DNA of 47,802 bases from a virus, in the IMG/VR virus record IMGVR_UViG_3300015275_000001, positions 1-47,802 of that record; one strand, written 5' to 3'. Of the stretch, positions 33,069 through 40,426 are shown piece by piece. Position numbers and translations under genes: made by a program. How positions within the stretch are numbered: the first letter of the stretch is position 1; each line of letters begins with the position of its first letter. The notes beneath the pieces were generated by a model. It had not been told where the DNA came from. It made no database searches and saw only the letters and a program-made list of their open reading frames with translations.

Positions 33069-33088
33069 TCATTGACGCAGATTATCAA
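33060..33088 (-). promoter_or_regulatory. Promoter TTGATA-N17-CATATT overlapped by the LexA box
   Basis: On the minus strand the -35 is at 33088-33083 and the -10 at 33065-33060. The predicted +1 is the ATG at 33053. Confidence 0.5.
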
Positions 33089-33111
33089 TCGAGGATTTTT
33101 CCTAGATTGAT

Positions 33112-33147
33112 CCGACTTAGGCCGGATCCGGGTCGATAATTTTTTTG
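33112..33147 (+). terminator. Possible terminator after the CI-like gene
   Basis: A CGAC..CCGGATCCGG..GTCG stem structure is followed by ATAATTTTTTT. Confidence 0.3.
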
Positions 33148-33151
33148 TCAT

Positions 33152-33196
33152 TCATGCGGAATACGTATTGACTATGCCATACGGTTTCCGCATTAT
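33152..33196 (+). promoter_or_regulatory. OL/PL-like region: operator inverted pair overlapping promoter TTGACT-N17-CATTAT
   Basis: ATGCGGAATACGTAT (33154-33168) and its imperfect inverse ATACGGTTTCCGCAT (33179-33193). The -35 is at 33168-33173 and the -10 at 33191-33196. Confidence 0.55.
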
Positions 33197-33219
33197 CACC
33201 TCCATCAACGGAGGTGGAC

Positions 33220-33435
33220 ATGCCCCAGGAAAATCAGACGGACTGGATCGAACATGACGGAGGACCGATGCCGGTCCCTGCCGACACGCTTGTTCTGACG
33301 CGCCGTCCGCACGCTACGGATAGGTTCCCTAAATTCGCTGGATGGTGGAACGGGGATGGCTCCGAGGATGACAGCAATTGGCTGCTGTCGGCCGGTGAAC
33401 ACCGCATCATCGCCTACCGCGTGGTGCAGGCATGA
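33220..33435 (+). CDS. Hypothetical protein (71 aa), first gene of rightward operon
   Basis: ATG has GGAGG 5 nt upstream. The ORF-track start is a GTG 6 nt earlier. Confidence 0.6.
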   Translation: MPQENQTDWIEHDGGPMPVPADTLVLTRRPHATDRFPKFAGWWNGDGSEDDSNWLLSAGEHRIIAYRVVQA

Positions 33436-33632
33436 CCGCCCACACCGCAATCACCGCGCAGGACGTGGTGGGTCAGAAGCGGGCGGCAAACCGTAACCGC
33501 ACGCTGACCGAGTGCCGGGCGATCGTTGGCGACAAGCCGATCGTATCGCCTTTCTACCACTACAGCCCCGAAGCCATGACGGACGCTCTGTTCGCCATTG
33601 CTGGTGGGCGCGTGACGAAGGTGGGGCTGTGA
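33432..33632 (+). CDS. Hypothetical protein (66 aa)
   Basis: ATGA coupling. Confidence 0.55.
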   Translation: MTAHTAITAQDVVGQKRAANRNRTLTECRAIVGDKPIVSPFYHYSPEAMTDALFAIAGGRVTKVGL

Positions 33633-33832
33633 TGGACGGCTTTCATGGCGCCGCTCAGATGGAGCGTGACGGCATCAAAAAGCTTCGCGTCTGGGCTCAG
33701 CCCGTGCGCGGTATCCAGCGTCGCATTGAACGGCCCAAGTGCGGCCACCCAGGCTGCAAAGTCATTGCCAAGTACGACACGCCCGCTGGCGTCCGCTGCT
33801 TCTCTCATGCCTTGCCGCAGGAGGATATGTGA
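33632..33832 (+). CDS. Hypothetical Cys/His-containing protein (66 aa)
   Basis: TGATG coupling at the internal ATG. CGHPGC...C.SH. Confidence 0.5.
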   Translation: MDGFHGAAQMERDGIKKLRVWAQPVRGIQRRIERPKCGHPGCKVIAKYDTPAGVRCFSHALPQEDM

Positions 33833-34074
33833 TGGCAACCGCAGTCTTCACCCTGACGCGCTCGCTGCCCGCGCTGGTCATGGATCTGGCCACCACCAAG
33901 CAGCGCCGGGCGTCGCTGGATGCCGACATGTACGGCACCGACCCGACCAACGCGCAACTGTCGCTGGCTGACGAACTGGACGCCCGTGTCGAGGCACTGG
34001 AGCGCGAGTTCGACGCCGCTTTCTACAACATCGCCGGGGTGTCCTGGCACCTCGCAGAAGGAGCGCGGTCGTGA
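33832..34074 (+). CDS. Hypothetical protein (80 aa)
   Basis: TGATG coupling at the internal ATG. Confidence 0.5.
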   Translation: MATAVFTLTRSLPALVMDLATTKQRRASLDADMYGTDPTNAQLSLADELDARVEALEREFDAAFYNIAGVSWHLAEGARS

Positions 34075-34427
34075 TGGCTGAGCATGGTTTCACGCCGGGG
34101 AAGTGGGAGCAGACCAACGATAGCAGCTGGTCGGCTGAGAACCCCCAAGAAGAAGACGGCATTTGTTGGACGGTCATACGTGCAGAGAGCGGAGAAGATG
34201 TCGCCATCGTCATGGAGGCGACCCCTGACTGGCGCCACGCTCACATGCTCGACGCCAACGCCCGCCTGATCGCAGCCAGCCCGACGCTGCTGGAGGCGCT
34301 GATCCAAGCGGTCGAAGAGATCGAAGACCTGCGCAAGCACGCCAACAACCATGGCGCCATGATCGACAACGAGCGCTGCGATTACGCCCGCGCAGCCATC
34401 ACCCTCGCCACCGGAAAGGACGCATGA
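34074..34427 (+). CDS. Hypothetical protein (117 aa) with the common phage motif ANARLIAASPTLLEAL
   Basis: This motif is widespread in phage early proteins of unknown function. Start is ATG 34074 or GTG 34071. Confidence 0.6.
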   Translation: MAEHGFTPGKWEQTNDSSWSAENPQEEDGICWTVIRAESGEDVAIVMEATPDWRHAHMLDANARLIAASPTLLEALIQAVEEIEDLRKHANNHGAMIDNERCDYARAAITLATGKDA

Positions 34428-34720
34428 TGTTCATTCGTAAGTCCACGCACGACCGCGCAATGGATGCGCATATGCTGACTGAGGTTGGTCTGTTGGAGCG
34501 GATCACGCGGTTGGAAGTCCAGCTTAAGGCTGCCAACGAACGGGATGCACAGAAGGCAAGGATGATCCTCGCGTTGGAGGACGACCTTTCCGAGAAGTCG
34601 ATCAAGATCACGACGCTGAGCAATCTGAACACGGCTCTTAAGCGCAAGTATGAGCCGGTGCGAGGACCCAATGGTCAGTTCCAGTCGCGCCTTCTCAAGC
34701 AGGTGGGGGCGGGAGCATGA
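34424..34720 (+). CDS. Coiled-coil protein (98 aa)
   Basis: ATGA coupling. Confidence 0.55.
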   Translation: MMFIRKSTHDRAMDAHMLTEVGLLERITRLEVQLKAANERDAQKARMILALEDDLSEKSIKITTLSNLNTALKRKYEPVRGPNGQFQSRLLKQVGAGA

Positions 34721-35034
34721 TCACCCTGAGCCAGGAAGACCGCGACACCCTGAACGCGGCTGAGCAAATCCTTATCAAGGCTGTCGCTGATGGCGGCGTT
34801 ATCATGACCAGCCTGCACAGTGGATGGGATAGCTCGTCGGTCAGCTATTTTACGCCCCGCGGTGTCCAGCACACCTCGCTTTGGGTTCCTGAAGACCGGA
34901 CGCTGGCTGGCAAGGTCGAGAAGGCGCTGGCGATCAAGGCTGACGAAGCCGGTCGCGCAGACGAGATCAAGGTCAAGCGGATTGCCGACCTGAAGGCAGA
35001 GCTTGCTGCGCTGACTGAGGAGCAGGCGGCATGA
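34717..35034 (+). CDS. Hypothetical protein (105 aa)
   Basis: ATGA coupling on both sides. Confidence 0.55.
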   Translation: MITLSQEDRDTLNAAEQILIKAVADGGVIMTSLHSGWDSSSVSYFTPRGVQHTSLWVPEDRTLAGKVEKALAIKADEAGRADEIKVKRIADLKAELAALTEEQAA

Positions 35035-35249
35035 CCCCGCGCAGCATCACCCTGATCGGCCGCAACCACACGGTGCAGTCGCATATGACCGATGCGCAGC
35101 GGGAGCGGGCGGAGGGACGGTTCGTGGATGAGCACGGCGTCGTCTGGGAAGTGACCCGGTTCACGGTCGCCAACCTGCTTGGCGTGCTGGCTGGGTTCAT
35201 CGCGATCGGTGCCATGGCCTGGTTCGCGCTGGGGTTGGCGGCGTCGTGA
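35031..35249 (+). CDS. Small protein with C-terminal TM helix (72 aa)
   Basis: LLGVLAGFIAIGAMAWFALGLAA. Confidence 0.5.
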   Translation: MTPRSITLIGRNHTVQSHMTDAQRERAEGRFVDEHGVVWEVTRFTVANLLGVLAGFIAIGAMAWFALGLAAS

Positions 35250-35965
35250 TCCCGTTCGGCACCCATAGCCCCGAAGACAAGCCGCACATCGTCATTCATG
35301 CGAATTTCGATCAGGGCTCCGAGGAATGGCTGAAAGCGCGCTGCGGTCTGCTGACTGCCAGTGAAATGAAGCTGATCATCAGCCCCAAGACGCTCAAGCC
35401 TGCCGACAATGACAAAACCCGTGCGCATGTGTGGGAATTAGCGGCGCAGCGGGTCAATGGCTACGTCGAGCCGCATTACATCGGTGACGACATGCTGCGC
35501 GGCCATGAGGACGAGGTTCGGGCGCGCCTGGCCTATTCCGAGATGGTCGAAGGCGTTGAAACATGCGGCTTCGTCACGAACAACCGCCACGGCTTCACGC
35601 TGGGCTATTCGCCTGATGCGCTAGTTCGCGCTGACTGGCTGATGGAAGCGAAGTCGCGCCGTCAGAAGCTGCAATTGCAGACGATCGTGCAGGGCATCCC
35701 TGACGAGCACATCCTGCAGTTGGACAGCGGCCTGATCGCTACCGAGCGCGATGGCATTGATTACGTCTCGTACTCGGGCGGAATGCCGATGGTCATCCTG
35801 CCGTACGAAAGCAGCACCGAGCGCCAGGAGGCGATCATCGCCGCTGCGCAGGACTTCGAACGCCGGGTCACCGAAGCCGTCGAAGAATATCATCATCGCC
35901 TCCAGTCCGGTGCCTTTCGCTGGTGCCCGACCGAGCGCGTCATTGAACAGGAGATGCATCTGTGA
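35246..35965 (+). CDS. YqaJ-type viral recombinase exonuclease (lambda Exo-like PD-(D/E)xK, 239 aa)
   Basis: QGSEEWLKARCGLLTASEM...SPDALV...EAKS.. matches the family signature. GTGA coupling. Confidence 0.8.
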   Translation: MIPFGTHSPEDKPHIVIHANFDQGSEEWLKARCGLLTASEMKLIISPKTLKPADNDKTRAHVWELAAQRVNGYVEPHYIGDDMLRGHEDEVRARLAYSEMVEGVETCGFVTNNRHGFTLGYSPDALVRADWLMEAKSRRQKLQLQTIVQGIPDEHILQLDSGLIATERDGIDYVSYSGGMPMVILPYESSTERQEAIIAAAQDFERRVTEAVEEYHHRLQSGAFRWCPTERVIEQEMHL

Positions 35966-36618
35966 ACGACATGAGCGCCGTCATCGTCGCCAAGAGCGAC
36001 CAGTGGAACGCGGATGACTTCGTGGAAGGCCCGCGCACCTTCACCATCGAGGACGTGCAGATCCGTCCCGGCACCGAGCAGCCCGTGCAGATCAAGCTGG
36101 CGGGCAGCAACAAGTATTTCCGGCCGTGCAAGACCGTCAGCCGCATCCTTGTGGCAGCGTGGGGTGCCGACGCCAATGTGTATCGGGGCCGCTCGGTCAC
36201 GCTTTACACTGATCCCGGCGTCACCTGGGGCGGCATGAAGGTGGGCGGCATCCGCATCAGCCATATGTCGCACATCACCGCGCCCATTGTGATCGCTCTT
36301 CAAGACAAGAAGGGTAGCCGCAAGATGACGACCATTCAGCCGCTGAAGGTCGAAGCAAGCGCGATCGACCAAGCACGAAACGCCATCGCCAACGCGCCCG
36401 ATCTGGACGCGTTGAAGAACGTCTGGGTGTCGAAGGCCATGGCACCGTTCCGTGAGCAGCTTCAGGCTGACCTCGATGCGCGCAAGGCTGTCCTCGCGTT
36501 CGACCCCACCCCCGACAACCCCAACGCTGGTGAGAAGCGCGTTGCCGCTGGATCGCAATCTCTGAGCAGCCAGCACGGCGGGGTTGAGGACATGGGGGAG
36601 AACCACAATGACGCGTGA
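35962..36618 (+). CDS. Hypothetical protein (218 aa) coupled to the exonuclease; candidate recombination partner
   Basis: GTGA overlap with the exo stop. No RecT, Redbeta or ERF motif recognised by eye. Confidence 0.55.
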   Translation: MNDMSAVIVAKSDQWNADDFVEGPRTFTIEDVQIRPGTEQPVQIKLAGSNKYFRPCKTVSRILVAAWGADANVYRGRSVTLYTDPGVTWGGMKVGGIRISHMSHITAPIVIALQDKKGSRKMTTIQPLKVEASAIDQARNAIANAPDLDALKNVWVSKAMAPFREQLQADLDARKAVLAFDPTPDNPNAGEKRVAAGSQSLSSQHGGVEDMGENHNDA

Positions 36619-36880
36619 TCAGATCAACGCGATCGGCGTGCATCTGGCGGCCCTGCGCGAGGCTGGAGACGGCGCTGTAGTCGTCTCGGTCGGCACCCAC
36701 GGCCCCGACACCGACATGAGCGACGGCTGCCTCTGCGCTACCGTCACCATGGGTGGGCAAGAAGGCTTTGCCCGCGCCAAGTATCTCTCCGACGCCATCA
36801 GTCTCGCGCGTGGTGATGCACGCCGGAAGATCGAAGCCAAGGCCGCCAAAGCCAAGAAGGAACGGGAGCAGGCCGCATGA
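36608..36880 (+). CDS. Hypothetical protein (90 aa)
   Basis: The internal ATG at 36608 overlaps the upstream stop by 11 nt. Confidence 0.5.
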   Translation: MTRDQINAIGVHLAALREAGDGAVVVSVGTHGPDTDMSDGCLCATVTMGGQEGFARAKYLSDAISLARGDARRKIEAKAAKAKKEREQAA

Positions 36881-36970
36881 CCCACCTCTGCGAAACCCCG
36901 TCGTCCGTTACCCCGCAAGACTGTGCTCGCTGCATCGCCATCGTCGCGCGTGCCGAGCAGAAATGGAGTG

Positions 36971-38164
36971 ATGCCCGTGGCTGATGTGAACGAAAGTGCG
37001 AACTTGGCACCCGTGACCGATGAAGACCGCGCCGTCGCTGAAGCGATTATCTCCGGTGCCCGCGGTTACGCTGTGAAGTTGCCGAACGATGGGCACACCG
37101 CCATTCAGCTTGTCGCACAACATCGCATTGCCGCCCGCGCCGCCCCGCCCGCGATGGATCGGGAGGCGCTACAGAAGGGGCTAGAATTCGCGGTGCTGAC
37201 GCTTGCCTTCCATGGGCGGGATCGCGGCACGGATCGGGAAGCCAAGATGCTGGACGATCTGGAGCAACTGGCTCGGGAGCTCGACCCGTTGATGCGGCAA
37301 GCCATCGCCTCTCTTGAAAGCCGTTTGGGTCATCCTGATGATGAGGCGGTCAACCGGTTCGCGACGCAGATGAAAGCAAAGCTTTCTGCGGCCCGTGCGA
37401 AAGGCCGGGGCGGCTGGGATGATCCTGCCCAGTGCAGCACAGACTACCTGCGCACATTGCTTCATGAGCATGTCGCCAAAGGTGATCCTGTCGATGTGGC
37501 AAACTTCTGCATGATGCTCGCGCATTACGGTGCGTCAACGACCCTCTCCGCAGACGCGATCCGCCAGGGGGAGGGGTGCGAGGTCGAGCGGTTACGCAAG
37601 GCTCTGGAGCGTGCCCGCAGCGACCTGCACTTGGTTACCCTGCATGGTAGCGTCAGGTCGATGTGGGAGGAGGCAAAAGCCGCCCGCGATAGGGTGCATG
37701 AGGCGCTGATGGCCGACCCTGAAAAGCAGGCTCTTGAACCGGACACTGACGATGTCCGCCGAGCCATCCATAGGCTTACCGAATTGGCTCAGGAAGAAAA
37801 TGACCCGCCAGCAATCACCAAAGCTATGATCTGGTCATACTTGCATGGCAAACATGATCGTGGCGGTTCGGAAGCGGCTTTCCGTCACCGGTCCCCAACC
37901 GGGGATAAGGGACCGGTCGCGGTCGGAAAGGCGACACAGGCCGTCCAGATTGGCGACGCCGACGCTGGCAAGGTGACCGAGCGCCCATCGATGCAGCGGG
38001 AAGCCGAAGGGATTGTCGCGGACCATCAGTTCAAGCCTCACGTCTGCGAATGCGGAGAGCGGTTCTGTACTGGATCGGAGCTGACTTGGCATCAAGTCCA
38101 GCATCATGACTTAGCCCCGATCGCCATCCCCGCCTCTCACGCCAGCGATGGGGGAGAGGCATGA
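36971..38164 (+). CDS. Large early protein (397 aa) with a MazG/DUF550-like helical segment and a C-terminal Cys/His zinc-finger-like motif
   Basis: KGRGGWDD....YL..LL.EHV.KGDPVDVANFCMML resembles the all-alpha NTP-PPase family. The C-terminus has HVCECGERFCTGSELTWHQVQHH. ATG has a GGAG RBS. Confidence 0.55.
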   Translation: MPVADVNESANLAPVTDEDRAVAEAIISGARGYAVKLPNDGHTAIQLVAQHRIAARAAPPAMDREALQKGLEFAVLTLAFHGRDRGTDREAKMLDDLEQLARELDPLMRQAIASLESRLGHPDDEAVNRFATQMKAKLSAARAKGRGGWDDPAQCSTDYLRTLLHEHVAKGDPVDVANFCMMLAHYGASTTLSADAIRQGEGCEVERLRKALERARSDLHLVTLHGSVRSMWEEAKAARDRVHEALMADPEKQALEPDTDDVRRAIHRLTELAQEENDPPAITKAMIWSYLHGKHDRGGSEAAFRHRSPTGDKGPVAVGKATQAVQIGDADAGKVTERPSMQREAEGIVADHQFKPHVCECGERFCTGSELTWHQVQHHDLAPIAIPASHASDGGEA

Positions 38165-38469
38165 GCTACACCGGAAAGCCGCTGTGCGAGGGAGCGATTG
38201 GACTTCGCCTGATCCGGTATGATCGGCGGGACCAAGCGCACTATTCCGAGCCCGTCATCTTCACCCGCGGACGCCCCGCAGTCGACACGACGCTGCGCCG
38301 CGCCGCGCTGTCTGGCCGGGTCGAAGTCGAGGGTGCCATTGGCGATTATCAGGCTGACGTTCTGATCAGCGCTGATGGTGAGTGGGAGCAGACCATCGCC
38401 CTCGACGCCAAATCCTACAAGTCGCTCAAGCATCACTGGATGCGTTGCAAGTCGGAGCCAGTCCAATGA
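38161..38469 (+). CDS. Hypothetical protein (102 aa)
   Basis: ATGA coupling. Confidence 0.55.
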   Translation: MSYTGKPLCEGAIGLRLIRYDRRDQAHYSEPVIFTRGRPAVDTTLRRAALSGRVEVEGAIGDYQADVLISADGEWEQTIALDAKSYKSLKHHWMRCKSEPVQ

Positions 38470-38960
38470 GCATGACCACCCGACAGACGCCGGATGCTGT
38501 GCGCGAGGCGGCGATAGAGTTCCTTGCCAAGGCGGCGGAATCGGCTGGATGCGTCGAGGTGCCGAAAGGGCTTCGAGGCGGCGACATTGCTCTGGTAAGC
38601 AGCGAAATCGCGATCAGCGCCATCCTCGCCGCCCTCGATAGCCGCGCGGGCGATGCGTTTGCTATGCCGGAATATGCGCCCGACGACATAAGCCACCTTG
38701 AGGGGTTGGCATCCTATATCGACGGCGTGGCGCGTGACAAAGGACGCGCCGGTTTGCCTGCCAGCAAATCGCTATTCGAGGAAATCGCCAAGCGGCTTCG
38801 CGAATACGACCTGATCCGGTCCGCCACCCCCGCGCCCGCTGTTGATGCGGAATGCCCGTCTTCGCCGGACGGCAAGCATCAGGTCGACACCAGCATGGAG
38901 AGCGGGCCGAACAACTGTTTCCATTGTGAAGCCCCGATGGGAGGCCGTCATGCTCGATAA
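38466..38960 (+). CDS. Hypothetical protein (164 aa)
   Basis: ATGA coupling at the internal ATG. Confidence 0.55.
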   Translation: MSMTTRQTPDAVREAAIEFLAKAAESAGCVEVPKGLRGGDIALVSSEIAISAILAALDSRAGDAFAMPEYAPDDISHLEGLASYIDGVARDKGRAGLPASKSLFEEIAKRLREYDLIRSATPAPAVDAECPSSPDGKHQVDTSMESGPNNCFHCEAPMGGRHAR

Positions 38961-39288
38961 GCTACGCGACGCCGTCATTGCGTCTGTCCGCCTTCGCGCC
39001 TCACAGGGCGATTGTCCGACCGAGCCAGCGCATTCCGTCGAGACGCTGGAAAATGTCATCCTTGACCTTGCGCCCGCTGTCGATGCGGTCCCGGCGGGGG
39101 AGGTGGAGCGGTTGGCCTGTATCCGTACCAGCATGGCCCTGTTGCAGCAGAACAGCGAGGGATGCGCGCTGAATCACTACGGTGATGATGCAACCCTTCA
39201 CGGGATGCCGGGCTGGCTGATCGACACGAAAGCTGATCTCGATGCCTTCACCGACATTCTCGCTCGACGGGAGGCTGACCATGGCTGA
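38950..39288 (+). CDS. Hypothetical protein (112 aa)
   Basis: The internal ATG overlaps the upstream gene by 11 nt. Confidence 0.5.
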   Translation: MLDKLRDAVIASVRLRASQGDCPTEPAHSVETLENVILDLAPAVDAVPAGEVERLACIRTSMALLQQNSEGCALNHYGDDATLHGMPGWLIDTKADLDAFTDILARREADHG

Positions 39289-39463
39289 GCCAAATTATGC
39301 TGCCGAGCGGAAATTGCCCGCCGGCACGACCTGTGCCGATTGTCGGCACGGCAAGCGCTGCGACGGCCTGTTCGGAGCCGTCCGCAAGGCCTTCACGTCG
39401 TGCGACTTCTGGCCGTCGAAGTTCGATCCGGCCGCCCTCTCGCACGGGGAGGGGCGGAAGTGA
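39281..39463 (+). CDS. Small Cys-rich protein (60 aa)
   Basis: CADCRHGKRCDG...C. 8-nt overlap upstream. Confidence 0.5.
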   Translation: MAEPNYAAERKLPAGTTCADCRHGKRCDGLFGAVRKAFTSCDFWPSKFDPAALSHGEGRK

Positions 39464-40065
39464 TGCAGTACGATCTGTTCACCGCCACGCCGCCGCCACT
39501 CGTGGTCGCTCCGCCGCGTGCGATGCGCAAAATTCGCGAGGTGCTGACCCGCGCCGCCTGCGGTCGAGCAATCCGCGTCTATGATGGCGACCCCGACCCA
39601 TTCGAGATCGAGGTTCGCGGCGTCCCCAGCGTCATCGCCGGTGGTTTCTGCACCCATGCGATCGGCGGACCTGGGTCAGCGTACTGGTCCGAGACAGGCT
39701 TTCGCAGCTTCGGCATCCCGACATGCGATCCTGACGAGGTGCGGATCTGCATCGAGCGGTACATCGACAAGGACTGCGGCGGGAAGCTGACGCGCTGGTG
39801 GCCGGGCTATGTCACGCAATGGCGGCAGTCGCTGGCGTTCGAACTTGAGATGACCAAGCAGGAGGGCCGCGAGGCCATCTGGGCTCAGTGGGGACCGGAG
39901 AAGTGGGAAGATTGCTGGCATCGGCATGACATGCGGCTTGCCGACGCGGTCGAGCAGATGATCGAGGAAGGTATCGACCCCGATGATGTCGGTCCGCCGC
40001 CGGGATTCCGGGGCAAATGGCCGAAAATCATCATCGACCCTGCCTGCGAGAGGGCCGCCGCATGA
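39463..40065 (+). CDS. Hypothetical protein (200 aa)
   Basis: TGATG coupling at the internal ATG. Confidence 0.6.
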   Translation: MQYDLFTATPPPLVVAPPRAMRKIREVLTRAACGRAIRVYDGDPDPFEIEVRGVPSVIAGGFCTHAIGGPGSAYWSETGFRSFGIPTCDPDEVRICIERYIDKDCGGKLTRWWPGYVTQWRQSLAFELEMTKQEGREAIWAQWGPEKWEDCWHRHDMRLADAVEQMIEEGIDPDDVGPPPGFRGKWPKIIIDPACERAAA

Positions 40066-40250
40066 CCGCCTCCGGTTTCGCGATGAGCGAGAAGCGGGCG
40101 GTTCGGTACGACGACGCCGGGTTCAGGGTCATTCGAGGAGGCACGCCGCTTGCTGCCACCGAATACCGCGACCCTGTGACGGGTCGCACCTGGCAACTCG
40201 GTGGCGATACGCCTGAGGTTCGGGAACGGTTGAGGGGAGGGAGGGAATGA
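40062..40250 (+). CDS. Hypothetical protein (62 aa)
   Basis: ATGA coupling. Confidence 0.5.
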   Translation: MTASGFAMSEKRAVRYDDAGFRVIRGGTPLAATEYRDPVTGRTWQLGGDTPEVRERLRGGRE

Positions 40251-40426
40251 CCGCACCAGCACGCATACGGCAGGCCGATGTCGCCCGCGTCCTCAAAGGT
40301 ATGGAAGCCGCTGGCATCCGTGTCGGAGCGGTCAAGATCGATGCGCTAGGCAATGTGCTAATCCAGCGAGAGGGCGGCGCACCTGCCACGAATGAAAACC
40401 CCTGGGATAGCTTGTTGAAGCAGTGA
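40247..40426 (+). CDS. Small protein (59 aa; below ORF-track cutoff) coupled to the integrase; excision/directionality factor candidate
   Basis: Hand translation gives MTAPARIRQADVARVLKGMEAAGIRVGAVKIDALGNVLIQREGGAPATNENPWDSLLKQ. ATGA coupling upstream. Its TGA overlaps the integrase GTG. Confidence 0.45.
   Translation: MTAPARIRQADVARVLKGMEAAGIRVGAVKIDALGNVLIQREGGAPATNENPWDSLLKQ

Noticed and set aside
33041-33070. Treating the three TGTTCTC repeats as a mini CRISPR or tandem-repeat array.
   Set aside because: There are only three 7-nt units at 9-11 nt spacing, with no spacers and no cas genes. They are better explained as GTTC-N7-GTTC LexA-box half-sites.
33126-33135. The CCGGATCCGG 10-bp palindrome as a protein-binding or restriction-related site.
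   Set aside because: It is a single occurrence. It is more simply part of the stem preceding the T7 tract of a weak terminator after the CI-like gene.
36877-36984. 35-aa ORF (MTHLCETPSSVTPQDCARCIAIVARAEQKWSDARG) filling the gap before the 397-aa gene.
   Set aside because: It is plausible through ATGA coupling to the upstream stop. However, it is too short and featureless to support without conservation or translation data.
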